Source of the DNA: Rhodosorus marinus CCMP1338
Lineage: Eukaryota; Plantae; Rhodophyta
Direction: 5' to 3'
DNA length: 64,000 bases
NCBI GenBank assembly: GCA_029953675.1
Contig: JAMWBK010000002.1
Coordinates: forward strand, 1,984,001-2,048,000
Position numbers and translations under genes: made by a program. The notes under the pieces were generated by a model. That model was not told where the DNA came from. It searched no databases and worked only from the letters and a program-made list of their open reading frames with translations. Position 1 is the first letter of the stretch. Each line of letters opens with the position of its first letter. Positions 49,610 through 62,455 of the stretch are shown here, piece by piece.

Positions 49610-51381
49610 ATGAGTTGTTTCGTGGGAGTTGGAATTCGATCGTTTTCTTCTGGTCGGGTTTGCCGGAGCAGTTTGGTGAGGATGGTGACTACTACTGCTG
49701 GTGTGATGGAACAGAGGGTTGAGGGATTTCCCAGGCATCTGTTGAAGGATCCGTCGTTGTTGAAGACTGAGAATTTTGTAGGAGGAGAGTTTGTTTCGGG
49801 GGATTCGGGCTCGTTTGCAGTTTTCAACCCGGCCACAAATGAGGAAATTGCGAGGGTTAGTAGTTTTGGGAAGGAGGAAACTCGGAAAGCTATCGAGGCT
49901 GCCAGCTTGAGCTTCATGAGCTGGAAGAAATCCACACCGTCAAATCGCAGCGACGTGCTTCGGAAATGGTATGAGGCAATTAACGAGAATGCAGAGGATC
50001 TGAGCGCTATCATGACCCTTGAACAAGGAAAGCCGCTAGCAGAAGCACTTGGAGAGGTAAGACCTGGACAGTACATTCACCGCAGCTCATGTCGGAACCT
50101 TGGAGCAGCACCTCGACTCGAATCGTTTTGCTTCGCTGAGCAGCAGGGTTTCACGCACTTTTGCAGGTACGGTACGGGGCTTCTTACGTAGATTGGTTCA
50201 GTGGCGAAGCTGTGAGGTCTAGCGGCGGATACATGGACTTGGACAACCGCAGGGCAATGTTGATCAGGCAACCGGTTGGAGTCTGCGCTGCTATAACTCC
50301 GTGGAATTTTCCTGTGGCGATGATCACGAGAAAGGCTGCTGCGGCGATTGCGGCTGGATGCACCTTTGTGGTCAAACCTGCCGAAGCCACACCGCTAACT
50401 GCGCTCGCGCTCGCCGAGCTCGCGAGACGTGCAGGTATCCCTGCCGGAGTGTTCAACGTCATCTGCGGTTCAAACCCTAAGGAGATTGGTTTAGAACTGT
50501 CAACCAACCCCAGTGTGAAGAAGATTACGTTCACTGGCTCCACAAATGTCGGCAAGATACTTCTGGAGCAGGTAGGCAGTCACCATTCTGGAAGAAGCAT
50601 GCGCTGAGAAGCTAACGGAGCTTCTGGTACCTCCCCGTTTCGCGTTCACTTGCAGTCTGCTTCAACGGTTAAGCGCGCGTGTATGGAGCTTGGAGGTCTT
50701 GCTCCTCTGATTGTTCTAGAAGACGCGGACTTGAAGAAGGCAGCGGTCCAGACGGTCGCAAACAAAACGCGCAACGGAGGTCAAACTTGCATCAGCGCGA
50801 ACCGAATCTTCGTCCACAAATCGGTCGCTGACAGTTTCGTCTCTGAACTGGAGGAGATCATGAAGCCGATGAAGGTCGGCAACGGAGTTGATTCTGGGGT
50901 TGTGGTTGGGCCCTTGATCAACGCTGCAGCAGTGGAGAAGGTTAAAAGTCATGTGGATGATGCTGTGAGCAAGGGTGCGGAGGTTGTCCTCGGGGGAAAA
51001 CATCTCACAGAATTGGGAGAGAACTTCTATGCCCCAACCATTCTAAAAAATGTGAGCATGGACAGCCTGTTCTGCTGTGAAGAAACGTTTGGCCCAGTCC
51101 TGGCGGTGATTCCCTTCGAAAACGAGGACGAAATTATTGAGCGAGCAAATGATACAGACTTTGGTTTGGCATCTTACGTATTCACTGAGTCGCTTTCCAA
51201 GGCAATGAGAATAGGGGAAGCACTGGAAAGCGGAATGGTCGGGATTAACTCAACAGCCTTGTCCGACGCCAGAGCGCCGTTCGGCGGGATCAAACAGAGC
51301 GGCATGGGAACCGAAGGAGGTCCCACTGGTATTCACGAGTACCAAAACTTGAAATACGTTTGCTTTGCAGCGGATTCCTAA
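49610..51381 (+). CDS. SSADH: Succinate-semialdehyde dehydrogenase (ALDH5/GabD family), multi-exon
   Basis: [52 protein letters not shown], catalytic [14 protein letters not shown] and [11 protein letters not shown]. Stop at 51379-51381. Confidence 0.95.
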
Positions 51382-51439
51382 TCGCTAACGTTCCGTACTC
51401 CAAGCTGGATTGAAGAATTAGTGAACTCTTTTACATTAA

Positions 51440-53323
51440 TTATTTCGAAGGCCAACCCCATGAGTCGCCGCCTTCAGCATTGGCTGGATTGGAACTGCCG
51501 TTGCCGTTGCTTGCGTTTTCAGGGGCGAGCGCGGTCCCAGATTTTTGAGCATCTTCATAACCGAACCCTTGGAATCCTGCGCCTTCCATGGCACTTCCTT
51601 GGTTCAGGTTTTCTCTCAGTGCCGATCGCAAGTCAGTCTTCGAGGAAGTCGCTGGAATACGAGCAAACTAATATTTAGCAACTTGCTCCCTGCGAAGCGA
51701 CTATTCCATAAGCCCGAGACCCTACCTCCAGTTGCTTCAGTGACAGAGTTGGCGAACCCTCCAAACCAGCTCTTTAACCCCTCAGCCGCTTGCGACGCTT
51801 GATTGTACATAGCGTCAGTGTCAACCTAGAAAAGAAAACCCAGCAGTCAGTAAATCCTCGCCCTGCAAGCGAAGCAACCTGCAAGTTCTCAAGCTGGTTT
51901 TTACCTGAGACGCATAATTGGTAATGTTCTTCGAAAGGGAGTCTATATTTGATGACACTCCTCTCGATATAGTTTCAAAATCCATACTAGGCTTACTAGT
52001 CTTTGAGGCCGACTTCCTGGGGAAAGACAAAGCGGCGTGACGCTGCTTGGTCAGCTCTGGATTCAAAAGGCGATCTATTGTGACTGAACCTACCCATTCC
52101 ATCCCATGCCAGCCATGCTTGATCCTCCTCCTGCACAAAACAATGCTTGATGCTGGTTAGTTGCAGACCCAAATCCTTCTCCATCCTCCTCATTCCGATG
52201 GACCTGTACTATACCGTTGTACATGTCACTGGACACGCCACCCATTCCCGAAGTCCCAATGCCCGGCATGGGCTGACCGCGGTAGCTACTTTGCTGCTGT
52301 TGCGCTGCGGCAGGGGCTTGCTTGTTCTTATTCTGGGGACTTTCTAGATTGCACCAAGAAGACGAATTGTTCCATGTCAGCATGGCCCTACCACTCCGAA
52401 GAAACGCTTGGGGTTGGGACTTACTTCCCCACGAACTGTTTCCCCAGTCGTCCCATGAATCTTTTTTACTTGGCATGTCACTCCCTGCGTTAAGAAAAGC
52501 CTCGTGAGAACGCACACGGTGATACGCTGGTGGAGACGTTTCTCGATGTTTTCACAGTATGCGACTCACCAACGGCGTTAGACTGTGCCTGTGGCTTTGG
52601 CGGGCTTACGTACGGTTCTCCTGTCGCCTCCTGCAATATACGTCGAAAAGTCAGCAAGAACTTCCCGAGGTCTACGATTGATCAGATCATCTACTCACAG
52701 ATCGTAGCTTGGCGGCGTACACAGCTGCCTCGTACGAATTGTACTTCTTTTCAATTGGCATTCCTTGGATACTGTTCTCCTTCGCGTACTTTATGAACTT
52801 GTCATTTCCACCGGCCTGTGCATCGACTGAACTCAGCTCGTGCGGCGAATTCTAAACTTCACATGCTTGTTTCTCCTACCTCCATTCTTTGTACCTCCCA
52901 CTCCTTCCATTTATCCATACCAACACTCCTCACAAAAGACAAATGTACTCCAAGTCCCCTGTGCTTTCCTAGGTTGTTTGGGGGGAGTTCAGATCCAGTC
53001 AACTTCTTCACCCTCGTCCAGAAATGCGTGACCTTTGAATGCCAAATCTCTAAGGACGGAAACATCCTCACCTGAACACTCTAAACACATAAAAGTACCA
53101 TAGGTGACAGTAGCCCATTGCGGATTTTTTGCTGAACAGTCCGCACATTTCCTAAACAACGAAAGAAACATCACAGCGGCATTCAGCGAAAACAGCGATC
53201 GCTCTAGAACCCGCCTGAAAACAACTCATAACCGAACAAAGCAAAGGTACACGATAGCGATACAACTGACTTGTTCTGTGGGAGCTCCTGCAGCTCCATG
53301 ACCGCCCTCGATAGCGGATCCAT
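51440..53323 (-). CDS. ADP-ribosylation factor GTPase-activating protein (ArfGAP1/Gcs1-like)
   Basis: MDPLSRAVMELQELPQNK|KCADCSAKNPQWATVTYGTFMCLECSG|KHRGLGVHLSFVRSVGMDKW, followed by a low-complexity C-terminus ending WGWPSK* at 51442-51440. Confidence 0.9.
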
Positions 53324-55334
53324 TCTGTTCAACTCTCGAATTCAACGCCAACAACACCACCAACCAAAAATAAATTTATCCCAACCACCACAACAACAAG
53401 AAGCCCTAGCTAGCTTCAACACTCTCCTATTAGTAATTTCCAATCCACTTGGATTCCCCTCCTCACCCCATCCCCCTAATCTAAACGTCTTCTTCCGCCC
53501 ATAGGCTTTTTAAGATTCCATACTTCAACCCACACACACCTCCCTCTACTCTCTCTACTCCCTCCCCCAAACCTTTCTCAACTCCCCATCGTTCTATAAA
53601 TACCTGACACACCACCGCCAACCCCCCCCCCCCAACCCACTTTTCCTAAATAATATAAAAAAGGGGCTCAAGAGAGTCTCCTGTCCAACCCCTTTGACAG
53701 TCAACGCCTCCGCCCTGTCTAATTTTCTTCCAAAAAACTAAAAACGACTTGTCTCAACCACTGGCTTTCAAATCTTTCGAAAAAGTAGAAAAATTGGATA
53801 TCAGTACATCACAAAACAAAATATTATTTTTCGAAAAAGCAAAAAACACGGTATTGAAAAAAAAATTCATTCGAATTCTAAATTCTTCTTTTAGGGGTAG
53901 GGTAAAAACAATAGATATAATTGTCTTTACGATTTATGATTTATTGCTTTATTCGTGAATTAGTTCTATTTCGAATCCCCACACCCACCCCCCCCCCCCT
54001 CCTGGTACGTGGTATGGAAAGGTATTGATTGAATTCAGTCATTATTTTGATTCTTGCGGATAGTGAAGTATGAAAGCTGGGGGCGGAGTTACGGAGTTGG
54101 GGGGGTTTGTTCAGGTATGTTCGTATTACAATATTTAAGTAAAAAATAATCCCAGTATCTAGGGCTTAACGGGGACTTAGCAAGGGGAAACCGGAGCAGA
54201 AATATTATTGGATTGATTGTAGTCATTTTTGGTTTTATCAGCTTTGTTGAAAGATGCATGGCCCGCTGATGCGAGAGGTGCGGGGTCTGGATGGGTGGAA
54301 AGGACAGGGAGAATTCTCTCTGTGGAGATCTGCATCACATGATCTAGGATCATCTTGAGCTAGCAAAACGAGCGTTGAATGGAATGACCGTAGGTTGACC
54401 TGTTGAAGTCGAAAAGAGCAGCGCCGTTGCGCGCCCCACCTTGCCACATGGTTCGATCCTGCGACTTGCCAACTGAGCGGAGCTAGTGAGGACACCGTCC
54501 TTCACTTATACGGTTTACGGGAAGACTTACAGCCCCGGGGTGGGTGTCACTTGTATTGGGGTCAATACACAGTCTTCCTTATTCTTCTCAAAAGTTTACT
54601 GCAAAAGTACAATCCAGCAAAAGTCCAGCGTGCGAGAGGAAGCACCGTCTCGGAGAGCGTACGATATTGTTCATATATATCCAAGGGGGAAATTCGAATC
54701 CAGTGCATCGATACTGCTTCGCCTGACTGTCCGCTGCCACCCCATGCTCCTTCACAACGCCCTACCGAACAACCGAAAACTTTGTAGCGCCAAGTAGAGC
54801 ACTATTGCCATCGCCCTCAAGTGAACAACAAAACTCGAAAGCCACGTGTCAGCAACGCTCGTACTAACCATCCCACAACAATACGATTCAATATAGAAAT
54901 TTGTACGAATGTACTAACCTTCTAAGCAAAAGACCGACGCCTTTAAATCATTGGTTGACCACTTCCCGTTCGTGACACGTGGTTTAAATTTTATGGAACT
55001 ATCGATCATATAGGCATTATTTTCATTGTTTTTCATATTGCCTCGAGCCGAATGCAGATGTTGGCTATGGTAACTGGTGGATGTGTGACGGTAGAGTGAC
55101 ATTTATAGGCTCGGGAGGTGTTGGACTGTGTGTGAGTGTGAGTGAGGAAGGAGGAGGCTTGTATGTTTCAATGTGATTTGATTTACTAAGTCGAACTGGC
55201 TAGATCAAGGTAAGTAAGCTGATTTGTTTGATTTGGACAGTACCGTGTTCCACGTTGTTTTTTGTTAGTTTGAAACTGGTGGGAATGCTAAATTCGAAGG
55301 CTGGTTTTTTAGGTTTGCAGGCTTGTTGACAAGG

Positions 55335-56129
55335 ATGGGTGGTGCTCCGAAAGCTATCGTCGTTGCTGGACCCTCTGGGGTTGGAAAGGGGACTCTGATT
55401 GAGAAGTTAAAGGCTGAATATTCTGAGAAGATAGGATTCAGCGTCAGTCACACTACGCGTCAACCGAGGTATGATGAGGGAATGTCTGGGTGGGGTTTTC
55501 GATTATCGCTGCTCACTAGATTCATACTCTGTACAGGGCTGGTGAGATTAATGGAATACATTACCATTTTGCGAAGAAGGAAGACATGAAGGACGGCATC
55601 GATAAAGGTTTGTTCATTGAGTGGGCAGAGGTTCACGGAAATTATTACGGCACAAGCAAGGAATCCGTTGAAAGCGTCGCAAAAGATGGAAAGGCCTGCG
55701 TTCTAGATATTGATGTGCAAGGGTGCCGGTCTGTGCGCAAGGCTGAACTCCCTGCCAAGATTATTTTTGTAGCACCACCGTCAATGGAAGTACGATCTGG
55801 CCTCAATTACGGGTCACTTCCGGAGCTCGACTTGGTTTAACGGTTTACATATCTTTCGACAGGAGCTTGAGAAGAGACTTCGTGGCCGCGGCACGGAGAC
55901 AGAGGAGAAAATACTCAAACGTCTCAAGAACGCTGAGGGTGAGATGGCCGCCAGAAATGAAGCTGGACTTTTCGATGCTGTGATCGTCAATGATGACCTT
56001 GAAGAGACCTATGCATCGTATGTCGACCTTCTTCATTCGCAACAGGAACCGAATAAGCCGGCAAGTGCTAATCTGCTACGTTACGTGTCTCACAGGTTTA
56101 AAACGCTTGTGAAGGATGAAATAGCTTAA
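55335..56129 (+). CDS. GUK1: Guanylate kinase, multi-exon
   Basis: [60 protein letters not shown] and [11 protein letters not shown] at 56127-56129. Confidence 0.95.
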
Positions 56130-56398
56130 ATAGCGCGATCGTCCAGGCAGAGGACAGTTGCTCCGGGAACTCGACACGGAAGGCCAGTTCTCGGCGCCAA
56201 ACCTTGATGAAATATTATATTGAACCTGATCTCAGTCAGGGACTGACCAGAAGATCAAGTAAAAGACGACCCCGTCAGCAGCTCGACCTACTCCATGCGA
56301 TTCCGTCTGGCATCAATTGACGATTTTCCCGTACAGACCTTTTCAGTACGAACGAGGGGGGCGATCGAACCGTGATACGCTCGCGAACTCGAAACAAT

Positions 56399-56761
56399 TC
56401 AAGCGACTCTATCGGTTTGCCTTTTACATCCTCTCCCCAGCTCCTGCTCGAGATCAGTCCAGGGATTTTCCAAAAAGGAACCCTTGAAGTAACCATTCGC
56501 GTTTGGCGACCCACCAGCAGCAAGCTCCTTCCAGGGGTCTTCTACGAAGGACAACTTGAAATAAGTCCTTACTTCTTCGTTCGATCTTCCGCCTTGAAAA
56601 CCCCGTGTCGACTGGTAGTTCCTCGATCCTCTCCCACACGAGCTCCGTTTTCGGAATTTATTGTCTCTCTGACTCCAAGATGACCTCTCTCTACCACCAC
56701 CCCGTCCTCTACCACCCCAAGAAGAACCACGTCGATCCTCATGAAAGCCGCTACCAGCCAT
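56399..56761 (-). CDS. Small RG-rich protein with two MPLKIP/TTDN1-like YFKxSFxE(D/N)PW motifs
   Basis: Single ORF MAGSGFHEDRRGSSWGGRGRGGG...YFKLSFVEDPWKEL...YFKGSFLENPWTDL..., 120 aa. Confidence 0.72.
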   Translation of the reverse strand: MAGSGFHEDRRGSSWGGRGRGGGRERSSWSQRDNKFRKRSSCGRGSRNYQSTRGFQGGRSNEEVRTYFKLSFVEDPWKELAAGGSPNANGYFKGSFLENPWTDLEQELGRGCKRQTDRVA

Positions 56762-57710
56762 ACTTGTCTTCCAGCGTGGAAACAACAACTTGTGCGTCCG
56801 ATCTCCTAGTCCTACAGCTTCCCACCTCTAGTTGAATGTTGTCAGAACTCTACCCCACGGGCGACGCGATTCGCCGCTACCTTCAAAAAACAAAATAGCT
56901 GGAACTCCGTCACGTCTGCTTCTACTTCAACTGTCCTACATTTGCCTGTACCAACACTCAGTAGTAGATCAGGTCGTCCGCAAGTCGTGGCTATATCTTC
57001 AGGAGAAACGCATCCTTCTCCGTGAGCAGATCAAACCGTTAGGCTTTCACCAAACGCCTCCCATCCTGAGTGAGTTGGGGAGGCTCAAGAAGAAGCGGAA
57101 GGATCGTACATCAATTTGCCTTCTTCATCAAGGATGGATGACTAGAATAACTTGCCACCATTGTTCATCACCTGTTCAGCTTGACAATGCGTGACACCTG
57201 AGTGCTCATCCTCTTAGCTCATGACTCTCGCGGGTTTATGAAGAAGCAACTCTGAGTTATTTTTCATAGATAAAGATGCCTTCTTAACGAACAGCCGCTT
57301 GATACTAGGGTTGTTTCAAATGGATCGTGACCTGTTCAGCTTCAACTGGCCATCTGCTTATCCTCCGCCACGTCGTTGATTGACCATCGAGAGCGACCAA
57401 AATGGATTCCATATTTCCCTTCACAAGTTTCCGAAATTCCGCTTTTCATTCACCACGGCAGTGATGTTGAGAAACGTGAGAGCTGAAGCGGCATTGGTAA
57501 GAGAAAGCTGGGAGTGGGCTTGCTTCTTGACTGAAGAGGTAGTTCTGGTTGAAGCAAGTGAGCATAAAGGCTGGCTACGGAAGGCTACAATAGCGTGGGA
57601 GAGACTTTCCACTCAGTGTGTGACAGGGTAGCTTTGAAGGTTGAGGGGTGAGACAGGGTTGAAATCTGCCTTCCCAGTAGGTGAGAGCTTTGTTTGCTAG
57701 TTTTTGTCAA

Positions 57711-59476
57711 ATGTCAACTCATGTCGATATGGAGCTGGGCTCCCGGTTTCCCGATCGACCGACTCGAACTATGGCAAGCGTTAGACTGGGAGAGACTTCG
57801 TCGCTCCTGCGCAGCCGTCGGGGATCGAGGATGAACTTTGGAGGTACAGAATTTGATGGAAGGAATCGTGGAGTTTTGGGTTCTGTGTTCACGAAACCCA
57901 AACCGAAGCGAGTGCATGAAGGCAATGTAGAACAACGGAGCTGGCTTTACGATACCCTCGACCCGAAATCGAACTCCGGTTCCGCGAAGTTTTACAAGTA
58001 TTCCATGAGCGCTCTAATTCTGCTGAACATGTTAGTATTCGTCATTGCTACGGACGATTCAATCAACGCCAAGTACTCCGGACTCTTCTACGTTGTTGAA
58101 GGCGTGACAAGCGTCCTGTTCCTTATCGACTATATCTGCCGGTTGATCGTCATTACTGAGCATAAACACTTCAGTGATCCTGTTTGGGGAAGGTATGCAA
58201 CCAGCGACGAGGTCACGGTGACGCTTCAGAGATCCTGGTTTCTATCAGACCAGACACAGATACTGAAGAAAACTACATTCTCCCTTGGCAGGATCCGCTA
58301 TTTGTTCACGCCGATCGCCGTTGTCGATGCCATATCAACGTTTCCGTTCTTCATCGAGATCATCTTCAGCACCAATTTGCCCCTAACAACTCCTCTAAGG
58401 CTGTTCCGGCTTACGCGAATTCTCAAAACGGAAACGGTTTCAGATGCTATATCATCCGCATGGAGAGTCATGGTTTTCAACAAGGACATCCTCGTCGTGG
58501 CGTTGATTCTGTGCTTAATTCTTACCCTTATCACTTCGACGTTACTATACTATTTTCAACCGCAACACAAGGGCCACCAGGAATTCGAGAGCATTCCCGC
58601 AACCATCTTCCTGTCTGTTCTCATGCTTACTGGTCAGGGTGGGCCGGACGGTGACCTGCCGTGGTATACGAAAGTACGTCAAAGCAGCAAGAACCTCAAC
58701 CAACTTCTAGAACCCATTACAGGGAAAGTCTCCAGTCTAACAGATCCGTGTTCACTCCGATGAACCACAGATGATAGTCATGATGACAGCAATATTTTCA
58801 GTAGCAATGTTCGCGATTCCAGCGTCAATGTTGACATGGGGCTTCGAGGTAAGACGATCTCGCGCCTGTTCAAGACTTCTAGGGACGCAGAGTACTGAGA
58901 ATGCCTTCGGCGTTTACCTGTTAGGCTGAAGCCGAGAGGCTCGCTAAGAGGAGCCACGAAATGAAGAAAAAGGAAGCAAAAATCAGTCAAGGGCTGCTCC
59001 CACCGGAAGAAGCAAGCAGCGACAGCGACGACGATTTTGGAAGATGGTTCTTTAGGGGAGAGCCTACATCCGACGAGGAAGAGTGGGATGAGTATGCAAA
59101 TGTTATCCTTGGATCATCCGACGGATCCGAGGATGGGGGGGGGGAAGGAGATCTATCTGTCAAGATTCCTGCGACAGTGGAAGAGTTTAGGGTCCTTCAG
59201 AAAGCCAAGGATCTGCTAATGAGCTTGAACCTGGAAACGCCATCATACGAAGGGATCGAGGAAGTGAAATCATTGGCCCGAGAAATCCAGAGCGACAACG
59301 CTGCTCAGGCAGCTTCAACCGCACCGATTGCACAGATTCAAGCTGAGCTGGCGGAAGCGCGTGCCGATATTTCTGCCCTACGCACGAGCATAGAAGCACT
59401 AACGGCCCAACTGCAGAACCAGAATCCCGACCCCAGCAGACCCCTTTTTAACGTTGACGAGGGCCTTGAAGCGTAG
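57711..59476 (+). CDS. 6TM voltage-sensor cation channel (Kv-like topology) with a non-canonical TGQGG filter
   Basis: S1-S3 helices, S4 RLFRLTRILK, pore FESIPATIFLSVLMLTGQGGPDGDLPWYTK and S6 IVMMTAIFSVAMFAIPASMLTWGFE. An acidic linker and coiled-coil tail follow. TAG at 59474-59476. Confidence 0.88.
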
Positions 59477-60397
59477 AGACCCCCTGCATCCAGATGCTCA
59501 AGCTGCTCAAATCCTTTTCAGGGTACTTTATGCGCGCAGACGCTAATGCCACGCCCTACTTCTCTACCCCATAGGCGGCCAATTCATAAATAACCAAACC
59601 GACCAGAACGAGCCGCGGTCCCGTCATGGACAGTCCACTACACCCCCCAAAAAGTAGGCCAAGCAACTTTTTCACACGTTCGGCCTTCAGGATGGAACCA
59701 AAAACCCCCCAAAAAGGTCACATCAAGGCCAAGGAAACGAAATAATTGTATTTATACTTTAACTGTCTTCTTAAGTTTCTTTGATATTGTTCATAAAAGT
59801 AGGATCTATAGTTCCGCAACCCTCTCCCGCCTTCCCGAGCAAACTCCAACCCACATCGAGACGTTGGGACAGAACCGACTCTGTCCCATATCAATCATTT
59901 AGCTATTTCTAACCAACTAAAATATCTCATTCTGATAGTCAATCAAAATAAATGGGACACTCTAATATATTTCTAAACTTTACGTTCAGGTTCGTTCAAG
60001 GTCGTCAATGGGGAACATCAGCCTGTTTTCTTTGGCCGGTGAAAATGGATCAAAAAGTAGGATTTGGAGAGAGATGCTGTCTTGGAGCGACATTGAGGAT
60101 TTTCGGTATTCTGCGATGTAGAAGGGTTGGATTTGTGAGGGAAGGATTTGGGATGGTGGGAAGAAGGGGGAGAGAGAAACGTAAGAATAGATTGTAGATC
60201 AGCAAGATCTTTGAAGTGGGGAAAAGGCTAGGTTTTGTGGTTTCATAGGTGAATCCCCGACTTCGTTGTGGGGGGTGGGGGTTGGTGAGTTTTGCTGCGA
60301 TTGTTTCTGGTAAAATCGGAAATCGTTGGCGGTTGCCTTTGGAGTGGTCCCGTTTGCATCATTGTGGATTAGATTTGGGGAAATTGGCGAAGGAAGA

Positions 60398-62455
60398 ATG
60401 GCTGATTTCGATGAGGAGCAGGCAAAGAAAGAGGCTTTGACCACGTACCGTACCGTGTTGAAGAAACATGAGGATGAGGAGAAGAAGGTTCGTTTCGTTT
60501 AGCTCTCGGGGTTTTGTTTGCAGGAGGACCGGGGTTGTTGTTGTGTTTTACTCGATCGCAAGTTGAGAGCATTTTGGATTGATTTTCTAAATTTGCAAGA
60601 TCGTGCGATCCCAGATTTCGTTGCCTGATTCCCCTGTTGTAATTTGTTTCGAGTTTCTTACATGCTCAGACATCTTCTTACCTACGTAGGTGAAGGAACT
60701 TCGGGAAGAAAATCGAAAGCTATCGAAGCAGCTGACGAAGACTGAGGATGACTTGAAAGCGCTTCAAAGCGTAGGGCAGATTATTGGCGAAGTCCTCCGC
60801 CAGCTAGATGCGGAACGTTTCATTGTTAAGGTAAGGCCACGACGCCGCAATCGAAATCCGTTGTCAGAGAATTTACGAGATTTGTAAGAAAATGCCTAGC
60901 TAATTCTGAATCGTTCTTCTAAATCAACAGGCCTCAAGCGGTCCTCGATATGTGGTCGGTTGCAAAACAAAAATTGACAAGGAGAAGTTAACGCAAGGAA
61001 CTAGGGTGAGGTCCAGAAGGTGGGATATTCTCTTTGGAGACTTATTCTAACGATTGATAATGCATTGCAGGTTGCCTTGGATATGACTACACTTACAATC
61101 ATGCGGATCCTGCCGCGAGAGGTAGATCCTCTAGTACACAATATGCTGACAGAGGACCCAGGGGAAGTTAGTTATTCTGATATTGGTGGACTTGGGGATC
61201 AGGTGAGTCTCGTATCAAGGGTGAACGTGCAGATCGCATGGTTGAGGCTAAAAACATTGAATTCTTCTTTAGATACGCGAACTCCGTGAGGTGGTTGAGC
61301 TGCCAATTAGCAACCCAGAACTTTTCCAGAGTAAGCGCTTGGAAACAACCCGCTTTCCATATAAGCTCCGGATCGCTCACAAATTTATTATTTTCTTTTT
61401 GCTGAAGGGGTGGGAATCAAGGCGCCGAAGGGTGTGCTACTGTACGGACCACCGGGAACAGGCAAGACCTTGCTGGCCAGAGCGATCTCCAGTAACGTTG
61501 ACGCGAGTTTCTTGAAGGTTGTCGCGAGCGCTATTGTTGACAAGTATATTGGTCCGTTTCATCAGCGTTTTCCCCATGCTCTTCATTTCACCAATGCGAA
61601 GCTGACTTTGCAATTGTCCAATTTGAATCCATGGTGGCTAGGTGAAAGCGCTAGGGTTATTAGAGAAATGTTTCACTACGCGCGGAGTCACCAACCCTGT
61701 GTGATTTTCATGGATGAGATTGACGCCATCGGTGGTCGGCGGTTCAGTGAAGGTGAGAAGGAGGACGGAGGATTTTTCGGAAATAATGGTTTTGAGTCTA
61801 ATGCTCCAATGCTTGCGCTTCCTTGATTGGCTAGGAACCTCTGCTGATCGTGAGATCCAGAGGACTCTGATGGAACTTCTGACACAACTTGACGGGTTTG
61901 ACGACCTCGGGAAGGTCAAGCTTATTATGGCGACTAATCGGCCCGTATGTTGAAACGTAGAACATCTCCCCCGTGTTTTTTTTTTGCATCGGCACCAGCT
62001 AAGAGACTACTGTATGTTCGGAACGGTTCTAGGATGTGTTGGATCCAGCCCTCCTAAGACCTGGACGTCTGGACAGGAAGATTGAGATCGCCTTGCCAAA
62101 CGAACAGGGGAGGCTGGAAGTTATGAAAATTCACGCGGCGAAGATCACAAAACACGGGGAGGTTGACTATGAGGCCATAGTAAAACTGTCGGACGGATTC
62201 AACGGAGCAGATTTGAGAAATATCTGCACGGAGGCAGGTAAGCTTTGTTTGCTCTTTCAAACTGAACGGCACACTACGAGCTTTCGCTAAAAAGAAAAAA
62301 AATGACACAATCACACGCCAGGACTATTTGCAATCCGATCCGAAAGAGACTACGTCATTCAGGAGGACTTTATGAAGGCGGTTCGAAAGATTGCTGATCA
62401 GAAGAAACTCGAGGGCAAGCTAGATTATAAGGCTTCGTGGAAGAACGACTCGTAA
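60398..62455 (+). CDS. RPT4: 26S proteasome AAA-ATPase subunit RPT4 (PSMC6), 10 exons
   Basis: [73 protein letters not shown] and [15 protein letters not shown]. It ends [12 protein letters not shown] at 62453-62455. Nine GT-AG introns were traced. Confidence 0.96.

Noticed and set aside
56830-57380. Decayed minus-strand ORF upstream of the MPLKIP-like gene
   Set aside because: Stop density is close to random expectation, with no recognisable motif.
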